Below, piece by piece: positions 20,919 through 29,684 of a stretch of DNA of 64,000 nucleotides. Position 1 is the first letter of the stretch. Each line of letters starts with the position of its first letter. A program made the position numbers and the translations under genes. Below the pieces are notes generated by a model. The model searched no databases, was not told the origin of the DNA, and saw only the letters and a list, made by a program, of their open reading frames with translations. The DNA comes from Bacillales bacterium (lineage in GTDB: Bacteria; Bacillota; Bacilli; JARBTR01), in NCBI GenBank assembly GCA_029240105.1, contig JARBTR010000002.1:268394-332393 (forward strand), given 5' to 3'.

Positions 20919-22007
20919 TTAGTGATCTTCGTGCGTATTCTTTTTATCATCGATATTTTTCTTAACTGCTGTAGCTGCCCCATGAGCAACAACTGCTGCT
21001 GTAGCAACTCCTGTTACAACACCACCAATTACAGCTGGGTCAACAGTAGCAATTTTTTGCGGTAATGGAATATCAGCTAAACGCTCTGTAAATGAACCTG
21101 CATCCCAGAATCCATCTTCTGAACAGCCAATACATGGGTTACCAGAAAGGATTGGCATTGAAGTTCCACCATTCCATCTCATTTCCATACATGAATTGTA
21201 CGTTGTTGGGCCTTTACAACCTACTTTGTATAAACAATAGCCTTGTTTAGAAGCTTCGTCATCAAAGCTCTCAACGAATAATCCAGCATCAAAATATGCG
21301 CGACGGTTACATTTGTCATGAATACGATGTTTATAGAAAGCTTTAGGTCTTCCAAAACCATCAAGTTCAGGAAGTATTCCGAAAGTTAAGTAGTGTGCAA
21401 TTACACCAGTCATTACTTCAGAAATTGGTGGGCATCCTGGTACGATCATAACAGGAGTGTCACCTGAATCAAATGCAGTTACAGGTTTAGCATTAGTAGG
21501 ATTTGGCTTAGCACCAGCAATTCCTCCCCATGCAGAACATGAACCATAAGCAATTACAGCCAAAGCATTTTTAGCTACACGCTCGTAAATTTCATTTGCA
21601 GGTTTTCCACCTACCATACAGTAAATTCCATCTTCAGGAATTGATCCTTCAGTAGCAAGGATGTATTTTCCTTTATAATGTTCAATTACTGCCTCCATTG
21701 CCTCTTCAACTTGATGTCCAGAAGCAGCAGAAAGCACTTCAGAGTATTCAAGTGAGATAAGATCTAATACTACACTTTCTGTGGTTGGATGTGATGAACG
21801 AATAAACGATTCAGAACATCCTGTGCAATCTTGGAACTGTAACCAGATTACTGGTACCTTTTCTTTTGTTTCCATTGCGTTCACAACTTTATCAGTTTGT
21901 GAAAACTCAAGACCCATTGTCGCTGCTAAAGCAGTACACATTTTTAAAAAGTCTCTTCTAGAAACCCCTCTTTCGATTGCGGATTGAAACACAGATTTTT
22001 TTTCCAT
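20919..22007 (-). CDS. hyaA: [NiFe] uptake hydrogenase small subunit with twin-arginine signal peptide
   Basis: Tat motif SRRDFLK, FeS-cluster cysteines and a C-terminal hydrophobic anchor. ATG at 22007 with RBS GGGGGAG 8 nt upstream; the ORF-track start at 22013 is a TTG. Confidence 0.9.
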   Translation of the reverse strand: MEKKSVFQSAIERGVSRRDFLKMCTALAATMGLEFSQTDKVVNAMETKEKVPVIWLQFQDCTGCSESFIRSSHPTTESVVLDLISLEYSEVLSAASGHQVEEAMEAVIEHYKGKYILATEGSIPEDGIYCMVGGKPANEIYERVAKNALAVIAYGSCSAWGGIAGAKPNPTNAKPVTAFDSGDTPVMIVPGCPPISEVMTGVIAHYLTFGILPELDGFGRPKAFYKHRIHDKCNRRAYFDAGLFVESFDDEASKQGYCLYKVGCKGPTTYNSCMEMRWNGGTSMPILSGNPCIGCSEDGFWDAGSFTERLADIPLPQKIATVDPAVIGGVVTGVATAAVVAHGAATAVKKNIDDKKNTHEDH

Positions 22008-22494
22008 CCCCAATTCTCCCCCAATTCATAATTTTTTTGCGATGTAATATAAAAATATAATTGCAAAAACACCGCAATGATTTCGTAGAGCACTATATTT
22101 ACTCTACAAAGATGCATATATAAGAAATGAACACAGTAACCCCATATCCACCTCGATATATCAATAATATAAAAAATAAACTAATTTATGTACACTAATC
22201 CTCATCTTAAATATTAGTAGTATTCAAAATTTGAAACTATGACAAATGTTACACTTTTCCAATTAGATTACTAACTTATCATATAATTTCAATTAATTTT
22301 GATATCTTTAGATTACAAAAAAAGGCTGGGACATAAAACTCTAAAATCATTTTCTGTTTCCTTCCTGTGCGAAGTTACGAGCGAGCCTTCACGGCTGAGA
22401 ATTGCATTCTCAGTCTTTCGGATTCTCTTAATCCTTCTTTCCCAAAGGAGTCAAACAGATGATTTTGAGTATTATCCCAACCACTTTAAAAGGA

Positions 22495-23265
22495 CTATAC
22501 TGCATCATTTTCAAATTGTTTTTCCAATTCAGCCTCTTTTCTCAATTTTCTTCTATATACACCCTTCGAAAGTATGACTGAAAGCTCAAATAAAAGTATT
22601 AGAGGAATTGATACTAAAAAATCTGAAATTGGATCTGGTGGAGTTATTGTTACTGCTATTACTATTAGAATAAAATAGGATATTTTTCGAGCTTTTCCAA
22701 GTGCATTTGGATTAACTATACCAATTGTAGTTAAAAACATCATAACTAAAGGCAATTCAAAAAGCACACCAAAGGGTAACGTCATGTTTATTAAAAAACT
22801 AAAATATTCAGTTGCGGTGTATTGGATATAAAATAAACCTTCACCAAAGTTAATAACAAACCCAAGAAGCATAGGAAAAATGATAAAATAAGCAAATGAA
22901 ATTCCCAAAACAAAAGAGATAAAAAATGCTGGGATATAACCCAATGCAGCTCTTTGTTCAAACCTTTTTAATGCAGGTTTTACAAACAACCAAATCTGTG
23001 TCGCTATAACTGGAATTGAAAATACCAATGCTGTTATTAATGCAATTTTAAAATATATTCCTATAGTTTCGCTAGGTCTTAACACCTGAAGTTTTAATTC
23101 ATATTTTGCTAGAGGAAGTGTTAAAAATAAATATACTTTTTTGGTATAAGCAAAGGCTACAAAAAAGAAAACTACAAATGTAATCCCTGTAACAATTAGT
23201 CTATTACGTAATTCATCAAGGTGATCTAAAATACCCTCAACCTTTTCATTAGCCATACAATTCAT
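22495..23265 (-). CDS. tatC: Twin-arginine translocase subunit TatC
   Basis: 256 aa with six TM helices and a TatC N-terminal pattern. Directly upstream of the Tat-dependent hydrogenase. Confidence 0.85.
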   Translation of the reverse strand: MNCMANEKVEGILDHLDELRNRLIVTGITFVVFFFVAFAYTKKVYLFLTLPLAKYELKLQVLRPSETIGIYFKIALITALVFSIPVIATQIWLFVKPALKRFEQRAALGYIPAFFISFVLGISFAYFIIFPMLLGFVINFGEGLFYIQYTATEYFSFLINMTLPFGVLFELPLVMMFLTTIGIVNPNALGKARKISYFILIVIAVTITPPDPISDFLVSIPLILLFELSVILSKGVYRRKLRKEAELEKQFENDAV

Positions 23266-23371
23266 TCCTTAATTAAATAAAAATTAAACGAAAAGAAAAT
23301 AGAGTTATTAAAATATAATACTACAACAAATGGTGGGTTGAAGTTCCCACCATTCACTTAAGTTATTATTT

Positions 23372-23572
23372 TTAATCTTTTTTAACTTCTTCTTTTACAT
23401 CTTTTAATTCTTCTACAACATCATTCGTCAATTCTTTTGTAGATTTTTTAAATTCTTTTAAAGTTTGTCCGAATGCACGACCCATTTCGGGTAATTTCTT
23501 AGGTCCAAAAATGATTAATGCTAAGAAAACAATAAGAACTAAACCTGGGATACCAATATTACCAAAAGGCAT
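23372..23572 (-). CDS. tatA: Twin-arginine translocase subunit TatA
   Basis: 66 aa [29 protein letters not shown]... (TM helix, hinge FGP, amphipathic helix). RBS AGAGGGGG 8 nt before the ATG at 23572. The ORF-track 5' extension is unsupported. Confidence 0.8.
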   Translation of the reverse strand: MPFGNIGIPGLVLIVFLALIIFGPKKLPEMGRAFGQTLKEFKKSTKELTNDVVEELKDVKEEVKKD

Positions 23573-23707
23573 TTTTTTCGCCCCCTCTTCTCTTTTATTA
23601 CCTATCATCATTATAGTGACTTTGTCCAAATTATGTAGCGAATTCACAAATTGTTCACACACTTGTCATATTTTACACGAACTTTATTCGACTGTGATAT
23701 TTGTCAT

Positions 23708-24454
23708 TTATTTCAATTCGCTCTTGAGTTTTTCTCTCTCTTTACAAATTGTTGCGTGTAAATGTACAGAAAGTTCAACCATATCTCTGTTTTGTAATTC
23801 TTCATTTGCTATCGGATGTAGTATTTTTACGATTACCTTTGCAGGTTTTACTGATCTATTGTTTTTTTCAAAAATATCAGCTGTTCCATAAATTACAATT
23901 GGAACAATAGGTGCAAGTCCATCTTTTGCAAGACGTAGAGAACCTGGTTTAAATTCTAGAACTTCCTCACCACGATTTCTTGTACCTTCAGGAAAAATCA
24001 CTAATGAATGTCCTCGCTTGATATGGTCAATCGCTTCTTTTAATGAGGCAATGGCTTCTCTTCTACTTGCACGATTCATAAATACGCAACGAATAATTTC
24101 CATCCATGTTGAAATCAAAGGTAACTTCTTAGTTTCAATTTTAGCAACAAATCCAAAAGGCTTTTTTATGAACCCAAGCAATAACGGGATATCAAAATCA
24201 CTTTCATGATTTCCTACAAAAACAACAGGCCCTTCTGGAATTAATTCTTCCCCAACAATCTCAACACTACTACCCGTCTGTGCAATAAAATTTTTTCCCC
24301 ATTTTTTAACAATTACATTTAGCTCATTATCATCATTTGGATCATTTCTTTTAGAAATTTGATGCAACCTCTTCATTTCTGGTAACACTGAAATTAAAAA
24401 AATAATAAGTCTAATAACCATCTTAATTAATCTAAACATTTTTTCTCCTCTCAT
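23708..24454 (-). CDS. plsC: 1-acyl-sn-glycerol-3-phosphate acyltransferase (PlsC family, ypkP-like)
   Basis: HxxxxD motif (VGNHESDFD) and FPEGTR motif. Adjacent to dfrA, as with B. subtilis ypkP. Confidence 0.75.
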   Translation of the reverse strand: MRGEKMFRLIKMVIRLIIFLISVLPEMKRLHQISKRNDPNDDNELNVIVKKWGKNFIAQTGSSVEIVGEELIPEGPVVFVGNHESDFDIPLLLGFIKKPFGFVAKIETKKLPLISTWMEIIRCVFMNRASRREAIASLKEAIDHIKRGHSLVIFPEGTRNRGEEVLEFKPGSLRLAKDGLAPIVPIVIYGTADIFEKNNRSVKPAKVIVKILHPIANEELQNRDMVELSVHLHATICKEREKLKSELK

Positions 24455-24935
24455 ACGTTAAGAAAAAATAATCAAATGGGGTATGCTCATTTTTTACACC
24501 CAATTCTTTCTCAACTAAAACCCAATCTGATAGTTCAAATCTAGGAAAATATCGATCCCCATCAAAACAAAAATCTATAAAAGTTACATAAATTTTCTGA
24601 ACAAACGGTAATAGTTTTTCAAAAATTTGCTGTCCTCCAAAAATAAAACACTCTTCTTCAGTGTGAGAAAATCTTTGAATGATTAACTCTATATCTTGAA
24701 TAACCTCAATATTCTCATTATGTTCTTGTTTCAATGAGCCACTTTTTGAGACAACAATGTTTCTTCTACCAGGTAGTGCATGTCCTATGGATTCAAACGT
24801 TTTTCTCCCCATAACAATGGTTTTACCCATTGTAAGGTCTTTTAGTCTCTTTAAATCCTGCGGAAGATTCCAGGGAAGTTTATTGTTCACACCAATAACT
24901 CTATTACGGTCATGAGCAACAATGATAGATAACAT
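24432..24935 (-). CDS. dfrA: Dihydrofolate reductase
   Basis: 167 aa, MLSIIVAHDRNRVIGVNNKLPW...GRKTFESIG. Confidence 0.9.
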   Translation of the reverse strand: MLSIIVAHDRNRVIGVNNKLPWNLPQDLKRLKDLTMGKTIVMGRKTFESIGHALPGRRNIVVSKSGSLKQEHNENIEVIQDIELIIQRFSHTEEECFIFGGQQIFEKLLPFVQKIYVTFIDFCFDGDRYFPRFELSDWVLVEKELGVKNEHTPFDYFFLTYERRKNV

Positions 24936-25005
24936 AAACGCTCCTCTTGAAAAATTTTATCTTTAAATAGAATAACAAATTATCATGGTTTTGAAAAAAG
25001 AAAAA

Positions 25006-25025
25006 AGCTGACATTGATGTCAGCT
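25006..25025. terminator. Bidirectional terminator (perfect 20-bp palindrome AGCTGACATTGATGTCAGCT)
   Basis: Flanked by an A-run on one side and a T-run on the other. On the minus strand it follows the 188-aa acidic protein gene, with UUUUUUCUUUUUUC after it. Confidence 0.6.
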
Positions 25026-25090
25026 TTAAAAGATTTCAGATATTTATAAGTTATTTACCAAAAAAGAAGTACTTTTTTCTTATTTATTGT

Positions 25091-25657
25091 CTAAGTACTT
25101 TCCTCATCCAAATAATTATCTGGATTTGTTTTATCGGTGTCTACTTCAATAACATCTACTTTTTTTATTTGACTTTTTAGTATGTCTTTAAGGACATCTT
25201 GTGCCATCTCTAAAATTGAAATAGATTCATAGATATTTGGTTCTTCCTCTTCCTTTAATTCAATTTCAACACTTTCATCGATGTCATTCAATTGAACTGA
25301 TTTAGTGAAGATAGAATTTAAATCTAAAGTAGAGTCTGGATTGGAGACAGAATCCATTAAATTTTTAATTAACACATCTGGATCCTGTGTCAAATCAAAT
25401 AACGTGAAATTTGTTGACTGGTTTGATACAGGCTCAATGATTTCAAAATTTAATTTCTCCGGTTTTTTTTCATTTTCCTTTTTTTCTTTATACTCTTCAA
25501 TTGCTTGTTCTTCTAGTACATTTTTAGTTTCATTTTTATTTAATTTATCTCGATTTGGTTTTCTGTAATGGAAAACCGTTTGCATTTTAGGTTGCTCTGC
25601 ACTAAAACTTGGTTGCTTGATGTTGATGAGAGGCTGATCTTTTTTATGGCTAACCAT
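25091..25657 (-). CDS. Hypothetical highly acidic, Lys/Glu/Asp-rich protein
   Basis: 188 aa. Basic N-terminus then a long acidic low-complexity region (EEEEPNIYES...DTDKTNPDNYLDEEST). Terminator downstream. Confidence 0.5.
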   Translation of the reverse strand: MVSHKKDQPLINIKQPSFSAEQPKMQTVFHYRKPNRDKLNKNETKNVLEEQAIEEYKEKKENEKKPEKLNFEIIEPVSNQSTNFTLFDLTQDPDVLIKNLMDSVSNPDSTLDLNSIFTKSVQLNDIDESVEIELKEEEEPNIYESISILEMAQDVLKDILKSQIKKVDVIEVDTDKTNPDNYLDEEST

Positions 25658-25786
25658 TTAACTCCCCCACTTCTTTTACTATAAAGTGATGGGTGCCGAT
25701 AAGTGAAACTCCCATCAACTAAAGGATATGCAGAAGGAATTTAATTTACAATCCCCGTACTATGATTTTAAAAAATTTTTGATCCA

Positions 25787-26560
25787 TTAAATTATCGAAA
25801 TAAACCCAAAGTGAACTTTCGAAGTTTTTCGAGCGGAAACATTAAAACCTAATCGTTTAAATAAAGGGCTTTGATAATGTGCTTTTAGTACCACTCGTTT
25901 TCGAGCAACTCTAATTGCATGTTCAAGGATATCCTTTGTTAATTCCACATCAAACGCAAAATTTTTCAAGCTATTTAACGCACTGCTTTCATCAATCGTT
26001 AGTTCAAACATGGGATCAAAATAAACAATATCAAAACTTTTATCAGGGGCATTTTTTAAGAATTTTTGATAATCCTCATTTAAACATTTAATTCGACTTA
26101 GTGCATTCTTCATTTCTTCAAAATCACACTCATATTCTACAAGACGTTGTTTTAAAATGTATGCCCAAATTGGATTCATTTCTAATCCTGTCACACTACC
26201 ACCATTACCAACCATATGCGCAGCAATAATGGCATCCGAAGCAAAACCTAAGGTACAGTCAAGTACTTGATCTCCAGGAGCTATCATAGCAGCACTGAGG
26301 AATGTGTCTTCTTCACCTTTTAGTATTCTTTTTAATCTAACTTGAGCAAGATTGGGGTGAAAGAAAACTGACTGCCCTGTATGAAAGGAATACAAAACAA
26401 GATCATTCCCAACAACTAGGCAATCAGATTGATAACGATTCATTAATTTTTTTATTGTAATACGGTTTCGAACAACAAAAGAAAGATTTAATTCCCTTGC
26501 CACTAACCTTGCCTTTTCGTTAAAAACTTCATTTGTTCTTTCAATAGTTGTTACAAACAT
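25787..26560 (-). CDS. Class I SAM-dependent methyltransferase (YpiP/RsmJ-like)
   Basis: 257 aa. SAM motif I (VLDCTLGFASD) and motif IV region. Confidence 0.7.
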   Translation of the reverse strand: MFVTTIERTNEVFNEKARLVARELNLSFVVRNRITIKKLMNRYQSDCLVVGNDLVLYSFHTGQSVFFHPNLAQVRLKRILKGEEDTFLSAAMIAPGDQVLDCTLGFASDAIIAAHMVGNGGSVTGLEMNPIWAYILKQRLVEYECDFEEMKNALSRIKCLNEDYQKFLKNAPDKSFDIVYFDPMFELTIDESSALNSLKNFAFDVELTKDILEHAIRVARKRVVLKAHYQSPLFKRLGFNVSARKTSKVHFGFISII

Positions 26561-26575
26561 TTTTTCACCAAAAAA

Positions 26576-27049
26576 TTACAACAGTTTCTCTATTTCACTT
26601 TTAATTGCTTCAGGTTTGGTAGTAGGAGCAAAGCGTTTCACAACTTTGCCATTTCGGTCAACAAGAAACTTTGTAAAATTCCATTTGATTTTTGAACCTA
26701 GAATACCAGATTTTTTACTTTTTAGATAAGCAAAAAGCGGATGAGTCTGTTCTCCATTGACGTCAATTTTCGAGAAAATTGGAAAAGTAACGCCGTAGTT
26801 AATTTTACAAAAGCTTGTTGTTTCTTTAATATCATTGAATTCTTGTTTAGCAAATTGATCACACGGAAAACCTAGTATAGTAAATTTTTGGTCTTTATAC
26901 TCATCATAAAGTTTTTGAAGACCATCAAATTGTGGTGTAAGACCACATTTACTAGCAGTATTAACAATTAATAGCACATTATCTTTATATTCGGACAGCT
27001 TTACTTCTTGTCCATTCGTTTTTTTTACATCTATTGTATATAAACTCAT
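26576..27049 (-). CDS. bsaA: Glutathione peroxidase family protein (BsaA-like)
   Basis: 157 aa. Catalytic Cys/Sec-position motif NTASKCGLT, plus the FPCDQF and WNFTKFL motifs. Confidence 0.85.
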   Translation of the reverse strand: MSLYTIDVKKTNGQEVKLSEYKDNVLLIVNTASKCGLTPQFDGLQKLYDEYKDQKFTILGFPCDQFAKQEFNDIKETTSFCKINYGVTFPIFSKIDVNGEQTHPLFAYLKSKKSGILGSKIKWNFTKFLVDRNGKVVKRFAPTTKPEAIKSEIEKLL

Positions 27050-27129
27050 GTTTTCACCTCAAAATTAGTATACAATTTAATCATGACTTTAATATGAACT
27101 TTCAGTACTAACAGGTGGTGTGATCTTTC

Positions 27130-27510
27130 TTGGTAATTGTATATTTTGATGGTGCCAGCAAAGGCAGTCCCGGGGCGAGTGCAATCGGAGTTTTTATTAA
27201 TAATCACGGTAGTGTTCAAACATTTAAAAGTTCGATTGGTGTAATGACAAATCACGAAGCTGAGTGGAAAGCATTTATTAAAGCTTTAGAGATATGCGTT
27301 GAAAATAACTACACAGAAGCTTTATTTCATAGCGATTCCAAAATCATTGTAGACTCTGTTGAAAAAAATTATGTAAAAAGTGAACTTTTTAAAATGGATT
27401 TAGGAATGTCGCTTAACCTAATTAAAAAATTCGATCAGTTTTTTTTGAAATGGATTCCTTCAAAAGAAAACAAAGCAGATCCCCTCGCCAGAGAGGCTCT
27501 GCATCTTTGA
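27130..27510 (+). CDS. RNase H-like (ypeP-type) small nuclease domain protein
   Basis: 126 aa, VYFDGASKGSPGASAIGVFI...HEAEWKAFIKALE (RNase HI fold DEDD residues). Starts with TTG at 27130; RBS AGGTGGTG 9 nt upstream. Confidence 0.7.
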   Translation: MVIVYFDGASKGSPGASAIGVFINNHGSVQTFKSSIGVMTNHEAEWKAFIKALEICVENNYTEALFHSDSKIIVDSVEKNYVKSELFKMDLGMSLNLIKKFDQFFLKWIPSKENKADPLAREALHL

Positions 27511-27823
27511 ATCTTATCCATTTTCATTTTTGGAATCTTTTTTTGAAAATCTGGTGTTTTTGCTATTTAAAATTATTATTTCACGCATTTCATCGTTATT
27601 GCATTTCTCGCATTTTTTATCATGTTTTTGCATGACTAAACATTTTGTACAATAAAATAACCTCATGTTGCATTTTCCTTTTCATCTTAATTCAATGATT
27701 ATATGCAACAGTTTAAAAAAGTTTACAATATGAAAACTTGTCTTATTATAAATGGGCTAGTTTCTAAAAATATACTCTGTCAAAGCAGTACCGTTATTAA
27801 ACAGAGCCCAATTATAGATCTAG

Positions 27824-28963
27824 TTATGTTCTTGGTTTTTTGACGCCCCAATATTGATAGAAATTCGTTTGAATAAATCCATTAAATAGCTTGCGTTTTT
27901 TTGTGGCTTTTTTACCATAGTGTTCTTCAAAATCTTCTAAAGATGTAATCATGTATATTGACCATGTATCCAAGCATTTATATGTTTTCCCAAGGTCTTT
28001 ATAAAGATTAGCAACCTTTTCACGGTCATCCAAACGTTCACCATATGGTGGATTTCCTAAAATAACGCCATTTTCCTTGTTTGTTGTAAAATCCTTAGCT
28101 TGCATTTGCTTAAATTGTATTACCTCTGCTAAACCAGCTTCCGCTGCATTTATCTTAGCAATTTCTATCATACGATGATCGATATCGCAAGCAAGAATAT
28201 CTAATTCTTGATCATAATTTGCTAAACTGTCTGCTTCATCACGAGCCTTTTCCCAAATATCCGGAGAAAACCAATTCCATGTTTCAGAAACAAAATCACG
28301 ATTAAATCCTGGTGCTATATTTTGACCAATCATCGCAGCTTCAATAGCGATTGTTCCTGATCCACAAAATGGATCAACAAAAGGACGACTTGGGCTCCAT
28401 TTTGTTAATAAAACAAGTGCTGCAGCCAAAGTTTCTTTTAAAGGTGCTTCCCCTTGTTCAACTCGAAATCCACGTTTATGTAATCCTGCTCCGGTTGTAT
28501 CAATCGTTAGTGAAACAACGTCTTTTAAAATTGCTACCTCTATTTTGTACAGGCCACCTGTTTCAGGCAACATTCCTTCTTTGTTATGAGCCATTTTTAA
28601 ACGTTCAACAATAGCTTTCTTAACAATGGCTTGACAATCAGGAACACTGAATAACGTTGATTTAATGGATTTTCCCGATACTGGGAATTCTCCATTTTCT
28701 TCAATGAAATTTTCCCAAGGAAGCGCCTTAGTTTTCTCAAAAAGTTCATCAAATGTCTTAGCTGTGAAATCCCCGACTAGAATTTTTACGCGATCCGCAG
28801 TACGTAGCCATAGATTTGCTTTTGCAATCGCAGTCTCGTCCCCTTTGAAGGTAATTCTTGCGTTGTCAACTTTACAGTCATATCCTAACGCCCTTACTTC
28901 ATCTGCTACGATTGATTCTAATCCCATAGCTGCTGTAGCAATTAATGTAAATTCCATAATCAA
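27824..28963 (-). CDS. ypsC: THUMP-domain class I SAM-dependent RNA methyltransferase (RlmKL/YpsC-like)
   Basis: 379 aa. N-terminal THUMP domain, a C-terminal methylase with DPFCGSGT and NPPYG motifs. Adjacent to rnpB/gpsB as in B. subtilis. Confidence 0.8.
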   Translation of the reverse strand: MIMEFTLIATAAMGLESIVADEVRALGYDCKVDNARITFKGDETAIAKANLWLRTADRVKILVGDFTAKTFDELFEKTKALPWENFIEENGEFPVSGKSIKSTLFSVPDCQAIVKKAIVERLKMAHNKEGMLPETGGLYKIEVAILKDVVSLTIDTTGAGLHKRGFRVEQGEAPLKETLAAALVLLTKWSPSRPFVDPFCGSGTIAIEAAMIGQNIAPGFNRDFVSETWNWFSPDIWEKARDEADSLANYDQELDILACDIDHRMIEIAKINAAEAGLAEVIQFKQMQAKDFTTNKENGVILGNPPYGERLDDREKVANLYKDLGKTYKCLDTWSIYMITSLEDFEEHYGKKATKKRKLFNGFIQTNFYQYWGVKKPRT

Positions 28964-28982
28964 TTCTCTTTTCTTTTTATAC

Positions 28983-29609
28983 CTATTTTATTGATTGAAC
29001 AAAAATCTTCTCAAAATCGGTTTTCATTTTATCTTTACCTTTTAATTGAAGATGTATATCTTTTAATGCCTCACAATTTTTCTTTGTTTGAAGCCATAGC
29101 TTTAAATATCCATTTTCGCCATATTTTTCTTCAATATGCTGATACGTTCTTTCAAAATGGTCTTCTTTACTTAGTTCTGGATAATGTTTTAATCCAAACT
29201 GAATGGTTCTAAAAAGGATTGTGTTGTAGTCAATCAAACGGTCTGCTTCTGCAACAATCATACCATATAGACTTCTAGGGGCTGTTTTATTGGATGCACG
29301 ATGATCCTCAACAGCTTCTTTCATCTGTTCAAGTTGTTCGTTATTAAACCACTGCTTTAACTTCTGGTCCTCTATAAGTAACTTACCTGAATTTATCTCA
29401 TGTTTTTCTCTTCCAAACTGGAGTCCCAAATCATGGTAGGCTGCAATCACATAAACCATTTCCATATCTACAGGATATTCCTTAGCTATTTCAAGGCTTT
29501 GGTCAATAACTATCCTTGCATGATCTATCTGATGTGCTTTATCGAATTGTGAATAAGTTGGAAGAATAGTATTTTCTATATATTTTTGTATTTCTTTTCT
29601 AATATTCAT
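28983..29609 (-). CDS. HD-domain phosphohydrolase (YpgQ-like)
   Basis: 208 aa with an HD motif (AAYHDLG). Confidence 0.75.
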   Translation of the reverse strand: MNIRKEIQKYIENTILPTYSQFDKAHQIDHARIVIDQSLEIAKEYPVDMEMVYVIAAYHDLGLQFGREKHEINSGKLLIEDQKLKQWFNNEQLEQMKEAVEDHRASNKTAPRSLYGMIVAEADRLIDYNTILFRTIQFGLKHYPELSKEDHFERTYQHIEEKYGENGYLKLWLQTKKNCEALKDIHLQLKGKDKMKTDFEKIFVQSIK

Positions 29610-29684
29610 CTAAAAATCTCTTTCGATTTACAGAGTATAAACAAAAAAAATGCCCTCAATCAATTGAAAGCAATTAAAGATTTG

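Noticed and set aside
22014-22300. Fnr (TGTGA-N6-TCACA) or Rex (TTGTGAA-N4-TTCACAA) boxes upstream of hyaA
   Set aside because: No inverted-repeat match was found in the hyaA upstream region. Only the direct-repeat TGTGAA pair upstream of tatA was seen, reported separately as a speculative ResD-type site.
22319-22335. 16-nt exact repeat AAAAAAGGCTGGGACA shared with 58531-58546
   Set aside because: Half of it is poly-A. The expected number of chance 16-mer repeats in 64 kb of AT-rich DNA is near one. At 58.5 kb the GGCTGGGAC segment is simply one arm of the rnjB terminator stem. No further shared flanking sequence, so it is not a mobile element or REP family.
22299-22577. 92-aa plus-strand ORF in the tatC-hyaA spacer
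   Set aside because: No RBS, runs antisense into tatC and has a hydrophobic low-complexity translation. Judged non-coding.
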